DNA of 64,000 nt from Eledone cirrhosa (GCA_964016885.1 OZ024741.1:275218001-275282000), one strand, 5' to 3'. Numbered from the stretch's first letter, positions 1 through 14,046 are shown. Notes: generated from the letters alone by a model not told the origin. Numbers and translations: made by a program.

Positions 1-6
1 ACATAC

Positions 7-76
<70 letters not shown>

Positions 77-148
77 GTATGTATGTATGCATATTTATAT
101 ATATATATGCATGTATATGTGCATATATATACGTATATGTATGTATGC

Positions 149-199
<51 letters not shown>

Positions 200-465
200 T
201 GTATATGTGCATATACATACGTATATGTATGCATGTATGTATATATATATATATATACATGTATATGTGCATATATATATGTATATATATATATGCATAT
301 ATATATGTACATATGTTTGTGTATGTATCTGCATGCATATATATACATATATGTATATATGCATATATATATGTATATATATATATATATATATAATGTA
401 TGTATTGTGTGTGCGTGTGCACATGTATACACATATACACACATATATAATGTGTGGGTGTGTGT
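1..465. repeat. (TA)n/(TATG)n compound microsatellite
   Basis: Dinucleotide and tetranucleotide repeat visible directly; the YI/YM-rich ORFs here are artefacts. Confidence 0.95.
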
Positions 466-758
466 AGAATAGAGGATTGTGACTTTCCATACAATTAATG
501 TCTCCGACAAATTGATATTTTGTTTGAAGTAAATTACTCACCTTACTCTCTTGTTTATATACACTGGAGTCTATCACTGTGTGTATATGAGTATGTGTAT
601 ATATGCATGTGTATATATGTGTGGCCCTGCTGTGTGTAACATCATCATTTAATGTCTGTTTTCCTTGCTATATGTATATAAATGTGTGTGAGTGTGCATA
701 TATGCCAACATATACATATACAAACATAATCACAAGCACACACACTCATATATGTATA

Positions 759-817
<59 letters not shown>

Positions 818-1029
818 TCTCTTTAAAGAGCTTATTTCAGCCTCTCTAAAACATTCTCAGTAAAAAGCCATTTATCCCACTCCATCTCCCCCTACCTCGC
901 CCCACACACTCCACTCCCACACCATCAATTTGGTTTACCATCCTATTGCCATGGAGACCAGTCTCTAGAAGGTTCCATCGCTACATCTGTTAATATAAGC
1001 TTGTTAATTCATCACATTATCAAAAACTC

Positions 1030-1062
<33 letters not shown>

Positions 1063-1360
1063 ATGATGATGATTATGGTGGTGGTGGTGGTGGTGGTGGT
1101 GGTCGCCGTCGTGGTGATAGTGGTGGTGGTGGTGGTGGTGGTGATGATTGTGAATATCATCATCATCATCATTATCATTATCATAATTTTATTTGAGTGA
1201 GATTTAGCTGATATTTCTAGCAAGTGTACTTACCGTACAGAGCCTCCTCCCTCCACCTCCCAGGCTGTCGTTATTGATGACATAGCTGCTTAGCTTGAGA
1301 CCAACCCTGAATCAAGCTGACCCATAATGGAAAGTATTCCAACAGTGACATTTAAGGTGG

Positions 1361-1680
1361 ATGGGAGATGAGAGATTGCCTAAGTAAATTCGGTATGGGG
1401 AGCTAATTCTTGGTAAATACACCAGAAACAATCCCATGAAACGTTTCAGAGATGTTGTTAAAGGTAACCTGAAGGCCCTTGGTATTAGTGTTGAGGATTG
1501 GGAAGACGAGGCAGAGAGTTGATCTGGTTGGGGCGGAGTGGTTTATGAGGTCAAAAGGATTGAACACTCAGCTTTTAAAAGAGCACTTAGGAAAGGTGAT
1601 GTAGACTCAGTCCCAGAAGATATCAGATCGGAGCATGTCTGTAACATCTGTGGAAAGGTTGTTCTTTCTCGTGCTGTGCT
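1361..1680 (+). mobile_element. Degenerate 3' fragment of an RTE-clade LINE ORF ending in a C2H2-like finger
   Basis: Translates MGDERLPK*IRYGELILG..PMKRFRDVVKGNLKALGISVEDWEDEAES*SGW..CNICGKVVLSRA, matching the RTE C-terminal pattern (RLPK..YGEL..G..KRF.D..K..GI...WE..A..R..W); contains stops. Confidence 0.8.
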
Positions 1681-1691
1681 TCCTAGTATGA

Positions 1692-1950
1692 AGGTATGTG
1701 GCCTAGTGGTAAGGGTGTTGGACTTAAGATTGTATGTAATATTGTGGGTTCGAGTTGCTTGTTGTGTTTTTCAGCAAAACACTTCATTTCACGTTGTTCT
1801 ACTCCAGTATACTCAGCTGAAAATGAGTACCAGCAATAGCTGGGGGTTTCACCCTGCAATGGACTGGCGTTCTGTCCAGGGGTAAGTCTTGTACTCTCAG
1901 TCGCTTCATGCAATAACAACAGGGATAAGCACCAGCTCGACGCGCTGCAT
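1692..1950 (+). mobile_element. tRNA-derived SINE with CORE-like central domain
   Basis: A box TGGCCTAGTGG, B box GGTTCGAGT, then CAGCAAAACACTTCATTTCAC; a related copy lies at 4270-4545. Confidence 0.8.
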
Positions 1951-2339
1951 GTGTGATTCCTAGTAATTTAAAAACTCACAGCAATCAGCAGTTTGAAGCC
2001 GATTATGTTGATATACTCCCTGAAAGGTCTACAGGGTATTTGTGTCAAAGTTTGAAGGTATGCTGTTGGACTCGAGCAGCACACGAGAATGTATAAGGAG
2101 CAAGTTACATTCAAGACTATGCAAAGGCTTTAAGTGTGTCACATCTATAACAAGGGTATGAAGGAGAGAGGCAGGTTTGCAGAGTCATTCACGGGTTCAT
2201 GGCCATTCAGCACAATGCTGGAGAGATGGCTCTCTTCTGAAAAAAAAGTGTGTATGTGTGTGTGTGTGTGAACATTCTTCAATTGCCCGGAAAATTCGTA
2301 TGCAGTCTCAGTTACCCACTTCATATATATATATATCGA

Positions 2340-2557
2340 CAGTCGATCGACTTTCGTCAAATCGAACCGAGGAAACAGTGTTTTCGTTGGTCTTTCCAAT
2401 TGCTAATACTATCTATCGGTCGCAACTCCAAGTAGAAGGAGCAACGTGAAATAAAGTGTCTTGCTCAAGGACATAACGCATCGCCTGGTCCAAGAATAGA
2501 ACTCACAACCTCATGATTGCGAGCCCAATTCTCTAACCACTCAGCCACACGCCTTCA
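2340..2557 (-). mobile_element. tRNA-derived CORE-like SINE (second tail type)
   Basis: Minus strand TGGCTGAGTGG..GAGTTCTATTC..GTCCTTGAGCAAGACACTTT; related copies at 52660-52950 and 63930-64000. Confidence 0.8.
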
Positions 2558-2662
2558 CAGTGTGTGTGTGTAGGTTAACTTTGCCTTTCATCCTTACGAG
2601 ATCGATAAAATAAAGTACCAGTAATGCACTGGGGTAATCGCTGGCCTTGTGCCGAAAGTAGA

Positions 2663-2693
<31 letters not shown>

Positions 2694-2727
2694 AGATCGA
2701 AAGATGGTTAAAAGAGTTCCAAGTATT

Positions 2728-2792
2728 TTATTATGCACATTTCAAAAACAAATATCATCATGGGATGATATCTGCGTTTTCATCAGATAAAA
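2728..2792 (-). ncRNA. Hammerhead-like motif, long stem II family
   Basis: Minus: TTTTAT-CTGATGA-AAACGCAGATATCATC-CCAT-GATGATATTTGTTTTT-GAAA-TGTGCA-TAAT; stem II well paired, stems I and III degenerate. Confidence 0.55.
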
Positions 2793-2900
2793 TAGGGATA
2801 CCTGATATGAATCTTAAAAAACACTTGTGAATAGTGAAGTTTTAAATCAACACATATATATATATATATATATAACTTTTTCTCTATTTGCTAGACCTTG

Positions 2901-2964
<64 letters not shown>

Positions 2965-3378
2965 CAAGGTCTAGCAAATAGAGAAAAAGTTTTGAAATAA
3001 ATTTTAAAAAATTTGTTGTACTTACTACTATATGTGCCTTTACCGCGGTTTCAAGTTCCAGAATAAACGGATAATCCAAGCCGACTTTCATTGAGAAGGG
3101 AACCATCTTCAGAGGCTCGTCTCACTCTCGCAGAATATAATTTTCCCGAATCCAAATCACAAACTGACGCCATACAAAACCATTCCCAGATGAGAGTGTA
3201 TGATAAAAGAAATAATTCTGTCTGGTGCCGTGTGCAAACACAAAAAGCATGGTGGACAGGTCAATGTCCTGCCACTAGAAATATAGCAGCAGTCCAAACG
3301 GCCAAGTTTTATCTCTACCTTAGGGGAGATTAATAATAATAAAGTATGAATTCCTATGTGTAAAAAATACATATATAC

Positions 3379-3432
<54 letters not shown>

Positions 3433-3439
3433 TGTAAAG

Positions 3440-3643
3440 TAATTGGTTGTGTAGGTATCATGGGAAATTGCACCCAGTCCACACTGTAAACTGGTTGTGT
3501 AGGCGTCACAACAAAAAGTACCCAGTACTCACTATAAATGAGGTTGCCGCTAGGAAGGGCATCCAGCTGTAGAAACCAACCCATAAATCGTACCAGCGTG
3601 GAAAATGGACGTTAGACAGTGATGATGATGATGATGATGATGA
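3440..3643 (+). mobile_element. 3' part of an RTE-tailed SINE/LINE
   Basis: AGGAAGGGCATCCAGCTGTAGAAA motif, GGACGTTA and (GAT)n tail shared with 38900-39170 and 51788-52112. Confidence 0.75.
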
Positions 3644-4269
3644 TATATATATATAGTCATATATATTTATGGTTAATATCTTCTGTTGTTGTCAAATGTT
3701 ATCCATTTCCATATCTAGAATAATTAATATAAATATGATACAACTTATTCACCCCTTCATAACTATATTTCTAATGAACCATAATTTCGACATAATTATA
3801 GCAAATGATCAAACATTATGAGGTATTTAGTGGTTAACTAATTTTCTCATTATTATGTCCATTTTGGGAATATAATTTAACTAATGTTCGTACATATAAT
3901 TATGGTAAAAGGTTTTCAGATAAATATTATGCACTTTACAACAATCATATATTATAATTAAAATGTGCAGGAGAAAAAAAACAAAAACAAATACATGATT
4001 TATTAAATCACAAACAAGGAAAACTTCATGAAAAATTGAAATTTTTTATTTACACTACTTAATATTAACATAATATTATACTATATATTAACATAATATT
4101 ATACTATATATTAACATAATATTAGTAAGCAGAAAGCATAATATACACAGTACGCAATAAATCCCTCATGAAGTATACTGACAGTGTATTGTTTGGTATG
4201 TAAGTATTAATGAGGTGGTGAATTGGTTGAGTCATGACAATGTCAGAGAGAATTCTTTGCAGTATTCCC

Positions 4270-4545
4270 TCTGGCTCTAGTGGTAAAAGTGTTGGACTTA
4301 CGATCATAATGTCGTGGGTTCAATTCCTGGGCTGGGTTGTGTGTTGTGTTCTTGAGCAAAAGAATTTCCTTTTATGTTGCTCCAGTATACTCAACTGAAA
4401 ATGAGTACCAGCAATAGCTGGGGATTTAAACCTGCGATGGACTGGCACCTTGTCCAGTGGGGGGTCTTGTACTCTCAGCTGATTCATGCCATGAAACTGG
4501 GATAAGCACTGGCCTGACGAGCGTCCTCGCTTGAGACAGACTTTA
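4270..4545 (+). mobile_element. tRNA-derived SINE, same family as 1692-1950
   Basis: TAGTGG..GGTTCAATTCC head; shared TCCAGTATACTCA.CTGAAAATGAGTACCAGCAATAGCTGGGG body. Confidence 0.8.
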
Positions 4546-5810
4546 GACTTAAACTCTATACGTTCTGAGTTCAAATCCTGCTGAGGTCAACTTTCCTTTC
4601 AGTAATAAAAAGAAAACGAACCAGTCCAGTACTGGAGTTGACTCTCTCTCTCTCTCAGAAATCAACTGTTTTCAGACCTGAAGAGGAGATGGGCTCTACC
4701 TGTTTTAACCCCCCCCCCCCCCCCCAAAAAATGTCATATGTCATTACAGGACATCTACAATTCCACCAAGAGTAACCTGTCCATTCATACATACATTAAT
4801 AAAATCTAGATAAAACCTGTTAAAACGTAATTCTCTTGTATCTAAAGACCGTGCAATAATTCATGTCTTGAAGAGAAAAAACTGTGCATGAATTTTTTGG
4901 CATAAAATCCTAACAAAAATATGAATCTGACCAACATAGATTCAGGAAAAATTTAGAAGATCTCTTGCTGTCTTAAGATTCCTGTCTGGTTTTATAACCT
5001 GCTGTCACATAACCGAAATGTTTCTAGAACTTGAATTAATTTGGAGAGTGAACCTAAATGTTTGATGTGTAATATGACTAGGTTAATGTATCCAACAAAG
5101 AGGACATCACTCAAAGATAATATATATCAATTACAAAGAGTGTGTGTTTAATAGACAAGGCAAATTCATTTCCTTGGTGTATCTGAAGGAAAGGTGATGA
5201 GTCTACTTTATAGTACCATAGAATCAGGGGTGGTTTCAGGCAGGGTTTGGTATCAAAAGAGTTAAATACTGAAGATAAATCTGTCCATAAGAAGCTGTTG
5301 TAAAAATATCTATTGTTAAAACATGTCAAAACCACATGACAATAAGTTGCTTTCTATAACTGTATTCATATAGAAGAACTCTCTAATCTCTAGAAACACC
5401 AAAAAGTACTGTTTTCTATCTGCCATTTGGTTTATTGTTTTTATTTTCCTTTTTTTGTGTCTGTCTTCATTTTTTTTTTTTTTTTTTCATTTTTTATTTG
5501 GTTTTGTCTCTTCCACCCTCACATCTCCACGATAAATACTTGTTACTTTAAACTGTTTTAAATGCTTTACGTATTTCACTCTGGTCTTCCTTCCATTATT
5601 ATTTTGGTAACCCAAACCTTTTATAACAATCTGTGGCGCCACAACACAGAAATAAGATCCTTTCTTTCGAGAAAGATGTTTTTCTTTCTTTGCTCTCTTT
5701 CCTCCCTTTTTTCTTCTTCTTTTAGTAAATTCCTTTATATTCTAACTCCTTCATTTCGTGAATTTTCCCCCTCTCTCTCTCCATCTCTCTTTCTCTCTCT
5801 CTCTCTCTCT

Positions 5811-5865
<55 letters not shown>

Positions 5866-6289
5866 TACATATTTCTTTCTCTTTCTGCACATATGTTTAC
5901 ATATCTCTTTCTCTCTCTCTCTACATATATATATACACACATATATACATATACATACATCTCTCTCTCGATATGTATATATCTGTCTCTCTCTCCCTCT
6001 CTTCCTCTCTATATATATATAGAGAGAGAGAGATATATAGACATACATACACAAACATATAATATATACGTATATCATCATCGTTTTACGTCCGCTTCTC
6101 CATGCTTGCATACATACACATACATATATATACAAATACATATTACACACACACACACACATATATATTCAAGGAGCTCCTTCTTTCAGTATACTCTCAT
6201 TCCTGGCAACCTACCATCTACCATTACTATCTTGTATATTTGCTGTAGGAAATGTTTATTGATTTAGTTCTTTATTATTGTTATTTTTC

Positions 6290-6429
6290 CTCCTCCTCCT
6301 TATCATCATCATCATCATCATCACCACACATCATCCTACTCCTTCTTCGACCACCACTACTACTATTACTACTACTACTACCACTACCACCACCACGACC
6401 ACTACTACTACTACTACCACTACTACTAT

Positions 6430-6501
<72 letters not shown>

Positions 6502-6513
6502 CACTACTACTAT

Positions 6514-6580
<67 letters not shown>

Positions 6581-6622
6581 GCCACCACCACCACCACCAC
6601 CACCACCACTACTACTACTACT
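6290..6622. repeat. (CTA)n/(CCA)n trinucleotide repeat
   Basis: Direct. Confidence 0.95.
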
Positions 6623-6639
6623 CACCTTCCTCTGCCTCT

Positions 6640-6782
6640 AGCAGTATCGGTAGAGAGTCAGACGCCTTACGTCGTAGCATAGAGTCACGGCCCTTTACGG
6701 TCTGAGTTCAAATCCCGCCGAGGTTAACTTTGCCTTTCATCCTTACGGGTTTGATAAAATAAAGTACCAGTAATGTACTGGT
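6640..6782 (+). mobile_element. SINE family A (tRNA-like head plus Meta/MESC-like domain)
   Basis: GCAGTATCGGTAGAG..GAGTTCAAATCCCGCCGAGGTTAACTTTGCCTTTCATCCTTACGGG..AAAGTACCAG; more than 15 related copies in the window. The domain name is from recall. Confidence 0.85.
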
Positions 6783-7002
6783 ACTTTAAAGGGAGCAATT
6801 TACAAATAAGACCGAAAATTTTACAGGAAATGAGTGCATTGTGTTAGAAAGGGAGAGGGGGGGACACAGAGAGAGACATATAGACAGTGAGAGAGAGAGA
6901 GAGAGATGGTGAGAGGGAGAGAAAGAGACAGAGACATAGAGGGAAGAGAGAAATGAGAAAAATAGATAGACAAGTGAGAGAAGAGAGAGAGCCACATAAG
7001 TA

Positions 7003-8021
7003 AAAACAACAGTAACAACAACAACAGTAACAACGACAACAACAGTAACAACAACAACAACAGTAACAACAACAACAGTAACAACAACAACAGTACCAAC
7101 AACAACAGTAACAACAACAACAACAGTAACAACAACAACAACAGTAACAACAACAACAACAGTAACAACAACAACAACAGAAACAACAACAGTAACAACA
7201 ACAACAACAGTAACAACAACAACGGTAACAACAACAACAACAACAACAACAGTAACAACAACAACAGTAACAACAACAACAGTAACAACAACAACAGTAA
7301 CAACAACAGTAACAACAGTAACAACAGTAACAACAACAACAACAGTAACAACAACAACACCAGTAACAACAACAACAGTAACAACAACAACAACAGTAAC
7401 AACAACAACAATAACAACAACAGCAACAATAACAACAGTAACAATAACAACAACAGTAACAACAACAACAGCAACAACAACAATAGTAACAACAACAACA
7501 GCAACAACAACAACAACAACACTAACAACAACAACAGTAACAACAACAGTAACAACAACAACAGTAACAACAACAACAGTAACAACAACAACAGTAACAA
7601 CAACAACAGTAACAAAAACAACAGTAACAACAACAACAGTAACAACAACAACAGTAACAACAAAAACAACAACAGTAACAACAACAGCAACAATAACAAC
7701 ACTAACAACAACAACAACAACAACAACAACAGTAACAACAAAAACAACAACAGTAACAACAACAACAGTAACAACAACAACAACAACAACAGTAACAACA
7801 AGAACAACAACAGTAACAACAACAACAGTAACAACAACAACAACAGTAACAACAACAACAGTAACAACAAAAACAACAACAGTAACAACAACAACAGTAA
7901 CAACAAAAACAACAACAGTAACAACAACAACAACAGTAACAACAACAACAGTAACAACAACAACAGTAACAACAACAGTCACAACAACAACAACAGTAAC
8001 AACAGTAACAACAACAACAGT

Positions 8022-8055
<34 letters not shown>

Positions 8056-8070
8056 GCAACAACAACAGCA
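7003..8070. repeat. (AAC)n microsatellite with periodic AGT interruptions
   Basis: Direct; poly-L and poly-V ORFs are artefacts. Confidence 0.95.
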
Positions 8071-8299
8071 ATCCCTGCTAATAGATAGATGTAATTAGCA
8101 ACTGTTTAGATAAGTTTCTTTTCTTTCCTTACAAGATTCCTCAGACATTTTCTCTAGGAGGGGGGGGGGGGGGTCTTCTTTCTCCCTTTCTTTTTCTTTT
8201 CCTTTTTTTCTTTTTTTCTTGTAAGAAAAAAATCTTGTTTTCCTGTTTCCTAAGGAATTCTTGACAAAACTTCAAAGACATCCATCTTTATCAATATTA

Positions 8300-8309
8300 C
8301 CACCACTAT

Positions 8310-8352
<43 letters not shown>

Positions 8353-8545
8353 GTCACTACTACTACTACTACTGGTGGTACTACTACTACTACTACTAGT
8401 ACTACTGTCACTACTATTACTACTACTACTACTACTGGTGGTACTACTACTACTACTACTGGTACTACTACTACTACTGGTACTACTACTACTATTACTA
8501 CTACTACTACTACTGGTGGTACTACTACTACTACTACTATTACTA
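8300..8545. repeat. (CTA)n microsatellite
   Basis: Direct. Confidence 0.9.
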
Positions 8546-8816
8546 ATGGTATAGTGTTGTTAAGTCTTTGACTCAGTTTCAATATCTGGTAGGAAGTGAT
8601 AAGATTTACTTGGGTAATACAGAGTGGGTAGGGGTGTTACCAGGGTGGGGTAGAGTTGTTCCTTGGTGCAGATAGACAAGGGGGCAGGGAATCTATTCTG
8701 GCCTATTATATATATTAACCCTTTAGTTACCAACCCCACCAAAACCAACTCTGGCTCTATGAAATAAAGTCACCTATTTGAAAGATTTCCTATTTATATT
8801 ACAATCTTTCAACATA

Positions 8817-9010
8817 CCGTATTTCCCGGCGCCGAAGATGCTTTGTCCTCGAGGACGCACCCTAATTTTGACAATCATAGCATGGATAATTTTCCTCTGG
8901 GGTTAAGATATGCCTATGAAAAATGCAACCTTCGGCCTCCAGGACGCATGGTAGATTTTTTAGGCTTATTTTAGGAAAAAAAGTAGCGTCTTCGACGCCG
9001 GGAAATACGG
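8817..9010. mobile_element. Tc1/mariner-pogo-type MITE
   Basis: TIRs CCGTATTTCCCGGCG / CGCCGGGAAATACGG flanked by TA on both sides; empty-site paralogue near 9400-9470. Confidence 0.85.
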
Positions 9011-9152
9011 TAATTTTATATAAGAACCTTCCATTAAGTTACTATCTTAGCAATGAAATAAAAAGTATATACTTGGCTGCTATTTCTAGGTGCTCAAACA
9101 AACGAAAACCCCAACAAAAGTATATATGTGGCTGCTATTTCTAGGAGCTTAA

Positions 9153-9613
9153 CCTTTTAGTTACCGACCCGGCCAAAACCGGCTCTGGTTCTATGGGATA
9201 ATTGTTTCTACTTTTGGCACAAGGCAGCAATTATTCCAGTGCATTACTGGTACTTTGTTTTATCAACCCCGTAAGGATGAAAGGCAAAGTTAATCTTGGT
9301 GGGATTTGAACTCAGACTGTAAAGGGCTGTAACTCTATGCTACAAAGCATGGAGTCTGACCCTCTACCGATACTGCCAATCTATGAAATAGATGGTTTCC
9401 AATTTAAATTAAAATCTTCCAAAATAATTTTATGTAAGAACTTGACATTAAGTTACTATCTTAGTAATGAAATAATTTATAATTTTTATAAATCCCTCAA
9501 AATTCTTCATTAATTAATTAAAATAGAATAGACCGATGCTAGCGTGGATAATGGACGTTAAACGATGAGGATGATGATGAATGTATTTTATAAGAAATGG
9601 GGTCATGAAAGGG
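9153..9613. mobile_element. Non-autonomous piggyBac-like element with a nested SINE (9199-9380, minus)
   Basis: TTAA-CCTTT...AAAGGG-TTAA termini; related left ends at 8715 (TTAACCCTTT) and at about 5265 on the minus strand. Confidence 0.6.
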
Positions 9614-9785
9614 TTAATTTGTTTATTTGTTATTTTTTCTACAGTTTAGTCATGGAAGGATGGGCAATGCAGCATTGGCTGCCTGCAGAGTGTACTGGGT
9701 GCAATGTATACATCATTGGCACTAGGAAGGTGTCTCTGATTAGATTAAAGAGTCCCCTCTACCCTATAGTGTCTCTCATCCTTCC

Positions 9786-9990
9786 GAGGGTCGGACGCCA
9801 TGCTTTGCCGCATAGAGTTACGGCCCTTTATGATCTGAGTTCAAATCCCACCGAGGTTAACTTTGCCTTTCATTCTTACGGGGTCGATAAGTAAAGTACC
9901 AGTCACGCACTGGGGTCAATTTCATCGACTTTTCCCTCCCCCCCAAAATTGCTGGCCTTGTGCCTATATAAGAAACCATTATTATTATTA
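9786..9990 (+). mobile_element. SINE family A, long-tail variant
   Basis: Same body as 6640; tail GTCAATTTCATCGACTTTCCCTCCCCCCAAAATTGCTGGCC..(ATT)n. Confidence 0.85.
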
Positions 9991-10234
9991 AAACTAGCAG
10001 AAAAAGCACCTTTTGGGTGGTTATCTGCTAGCATGTGTAGTGTGTATATTGATATTATACGCAGGTATATATGCATGTAGATATGATACATCAAATAAAA
10101 TCGTAATAAAATCGTAAAATCGTAATTGACAATATACAGACATTGAACGAAGACTGCGTTACATTGTCTTATGTAACGTAATCCATGATACATTAAGTAA
10201 CGTAATTCATGATACATTAAAACAAGACGATATT

Positions 10235-10415
10235 TGGCAATATCGGTAGAGAGTCAGACTCCATGCTTTGCAGAAAAGAGTTACGGCCCTTTATGGTCTG
10301 AGTTCAAATCCCGCCGAGGTCAATTTTGCCTTTCGTCCTTGCGGGATCGATAAAATAAAGTACCAGTAATACACTGAGATAATTGCTGGCCTTGTGCCAA
10401 AAGTAGAAACAATTA
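10235..10415 (+). mobile_element. SINE family A
   Basis: Clear similarity to the other copies. Confidence 0.85.
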
Positions 10416-11303
10416 TATATAAATTGCATTAGGAGAAATTTAGTGACGGAAATAAATTATTTTTTATTTAAGCGATCGCTAAACGGAAATGCTGAAAATT
10501 TTAAAGAAGTGAATCTTATAATAAACCACAAAATTATTTAGATTTAATCAAGAATAACGAAATTTAGTAGATAAATTATGTAACTGTTTCTATTTTAGGC
10601 ACAAGGCCAGCAAATACCCAGTACATTACTGGTACTTTATTTTATCCTTACGGGGTCAATAAAATAAAGTACCAGTAATGTACTGGGTAAATTATGTAAT
10701 ATTCATTCATAATAATCCAACTTATTTTACAAACGGGATAAAAAAATATATATTCTGGACGCAGTCCCACACTGCTTACTTTGTTAACGTGTCATTAAAA
10801 AACGAGAGAGAGAAAGGGGGTGGAGTAAGGAAGAGAAAGAGAGTGGGAGAAAGAGAGAGATGGAGATCATTATCTGTTGAGACTTCAGTTTGATATGAGT
10901 GTCAGGTGTAACAATTATTGTTAAACAAGTCTCTCCTGGGTATGACATTAAACTACATCCAGTGGCAAGGCTTCAGTTCGGGAGTTCAGAAGTTGTGGGG
11001 AATGTGGAGTTACCCCTTAGTTGCAATGACTCCCAGGTCTGCCCTGGCCCGGTGTGGTAGTACCTGTTAGGGCTCCATTTATGGGTTAAATAACTACCTT
11101 ATTCGAGTGGCGCCGGTAAGGTATTGTCAGCCATTGAAAAGAAATATGGAGAGCCGATAAACAGCACTAGGGTTAGAGCCCCTAATTACACTGTCAAGGA
11201 GCAGCCTGGTCGTTATGACTCTGCTGGCTTAGAGCCACAGAGAGGGCCAGTGGATGATGGATCAGCTGTCTCTGAGACAAATATAAAGAAGTCTCTCCAC
11301 TAA

Positions 11304-11355
<52 letters not shown>

Positions 11356-11444
11356 TATGTGTGCGTGTGTGTGTGTGTATACTACATCCATCATCTGTCA
11401 TCACAGCCACTACACTGTTATTGTTAAATAAGACCCTCCACTAA

Positions 11445-11477
<33 letters not shown>

Positions 11478-11478
11478 C

Positions 11479-12006
11479 TTTCTTCTCATGTTTTTTATAT
11501 ATATTTTCCCCAGCTGCGTTTGTCTGTTTCTCTCTTACTGCTTCCCCCCTCTCTCTGTTTCTCTCACCTTCTTTCGCCCTCTCTGTCAGTTACACTTTCT
11601 CTCGACTGACCTCTTCTTCGCACTTCCACTCACTCACTCTCTGCCTCTCCCCTTCTCACTTCCTCCCATTTGGCCTGTAGTGGGGTCTTTTCCTGCTCAC
11701 ACCTCACTCGCGTCAGACGGTCTGTAGTCTCTCGCCCAAGAAATCCACACAGCTAAAGCTGATCGGACTCCCATGTGCTTGTTTTTTCCTATCTTTGCGT
11801 TGCTATCCTTCTATGTTTGTTTACTTGTCTCACTCGCTTTACGCGATTTACTTGTCCCAATAGCTTTATTTAGCTATTGCTCGCACCAACTGGAGGTATA
11901 TGATTTTTAAAGCGATGAAATACCAATGAAGGTTGGAAAATCACTGATGAAGGACTATTTTTATCATATGTAACCCATGTGCAACCACACAGTATTCTTT
12001 CTTCTC

Positions 12007-12014
<8 letters not shown>
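11479..12014 (+). mobile_element. Dispersed element (possibly Penelope-derived) with terminal direct repeat and truncated CTGATGA core
   Basis: TTTCTTCTCATGTTTT at both ends, flanked by (TA)n; homologous copy on the minus strand at about 20340-20830. Confidence 0.5.
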
Positions 12015-12080
<66 letters not shown>

Positions 12081-12090
12081 TATATACACT

Positions 12091-13487
12091 CCATCCATCA
12101 TCTGTCATCACAGCCACTACACTGTCCATCATCTGTCATCACAGCCACTACACTGCCCATCACCTGTCATCACAGCCTTTACACTGTCCATCATCTGTCA
12201 TCACAGCCACTACACTGTCCATCACCTGTCATCACAGCCACTACACTGTCCATCATCTGTCATGACAGCCACTACACTGTCCATCATCTGTCATGACAGC
12301 CACTACACTGTCCATCATCTGTCATCACAGCCACTACACTGTCCATCACCTGTCATCACAGCCACCACACTGTCCATCACCTGTCATCACAGCCACTACA
12401 CTGTCCATCATCTGTCATCACAGCCACTACACTGTCCATCACCTGTCATGACAGCCACTACACTGTCCATCATCTGTCATCACAGCCACTACACTGTCCA
12501 TCATCTGTCATCACAGCCACTACACTGTCCATCATCTGTCATCACACCCACTACACTGTCCATCATCTGTCATCACAGCCACTACACTGTCCATCATCTG
12601 TCATCACAGCCACTACACTGTCCATCATCTGTCATCTCAGCCACTACACTGTCCATCATCTGTCATCACAGCCACTACACTGTCCATCATCTGTCACCAC
12701 AGCCACTACACTGTCCATCATATGTCATCACAGCCACTACACTGTCCATCATCTGTCATCACAGCCGCTACACTGTCCATCATCTGTCATCACAGCCACT
12801 ACACTGTCCATCATCTGTCATCACAGCCACTACACTGTCCATCATCTGTCATCACAGCCACTACACTGTCCATCATCTGTCATCACAGCCACTACACTGT
12901 CCATCATCTGTCACCACAGCCACTACACTGTCCATCATCTGTCATCACAGCCACTACACTGTCCATCATCTGTCATCACAGCCGCTACACTGTCCATCAT
13001 CTGTCATCACAGCCACTACACTGTCCAGCATCTGTCATCACAGCCACTACACTGTCCATCATCTGTCATCACAGCCACTACACTGTCCATCATCTGTCAT
13101 CACAGCCACTACACTGTCCATCTGTCATCACAGCCACTACACTGTCCATCTGTCATCACAGCCACTACACTGTCCATCTGTCATCACAGCCACTACACTG
13201 TCCATCTGTCATCACAGCCACTACACTGTCCATCTGTCATCACAGCCACTACACTGTCCATCTGTCATCACAGCCACTACACTGTCCATCATCTGTCATC
13301 ACAGCCACTACACTGTCCATCTGTCATCACAGCCACTACACTGTCCATCTGTCATCACAGCCACTACACTGTCCATCTGTCATCACAGCCACTACACTGT
13401 CCATCATCTGTCATCACAGCCACTACACTGTCCATCTGTCATCACAGCCACTACACTGTCCATCTGTCATCACAGCCACTACACTAC
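12091..13487. repeat. 31-bp minisatellite TCCATCATCTGTCATCACAGCCACTACACTG (28-bp variant at the right end)
   Basis: About 45 near-identical units; a solo monomer at about 11387-11418. Confidence 0.95.
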
Positions 13488-13659
13488 ACTGTGCACAAAT
13501 ATTTGCTCAACATGCGTACTAAACATCCTCTTCCTTGGTGTAATTAAAGAACTTAGTATGTATTATCGACTGTGTGTGGTGGGTGGTGATGGTGGGTGGG
13601 GGGTGGGGGGTTATGTGGTGGGGGACTAAGGATTGTTTACCTACCTACATACCTACCAA

Positions 13660-14002
13660 CATACCTGTCTTCCTGTCATCCTCTGTCTGTCTGTCTGTCT
13701 ATGTATCTATCTATATGTCTCTATGTTTATATTTATCTGTCTGTCTATCTGTCTGTCTGTCTGTCTGACTATCTATCTGTCTATCTATCTATCTGTCTGT
13801 CTGTCTGTCAGTCTGTATATATGTCTGTCTGTCTGTCTGCCTATCTATCAGTCTGTCTATCTGTCTGTCTGTCTGACTGTCTGCCTGTCTATCTATCAGT
13901 CTGTCTGTCTGTCTGACTGTCTGCTTGTCTATCTATCAGTCTGTCTGTCTGTCTGACTGTCTGCTTGTCTATCTATCAGTCTGTCTGTCTATCAGTCAGT
14001 CA

Positions 14003-14046
<44 letters not shown>

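Noticed and set aside
945-958. RFX X-box-like ATTGCCATGGAGAC
   Set aside because: One mismatch from consensus and no promoter context to support it.
4511-4545. CTGACGA plus hairpin as a hammerhead
   Set aside because: No GAAA, stem III or stem I; it is the SINE tail stem-loop.
11944-11960. CTGATGA here and at about 20358 and 20904 (minus) as complete hammerheads
   Set aside because: Truncated before any GAAA; at most remnants.
11977-13629. 550-aa Cys/His-rich ORF
   Set aside because: Translation of a 31-bp repeat (not a multiple of 3) cycling through frames.
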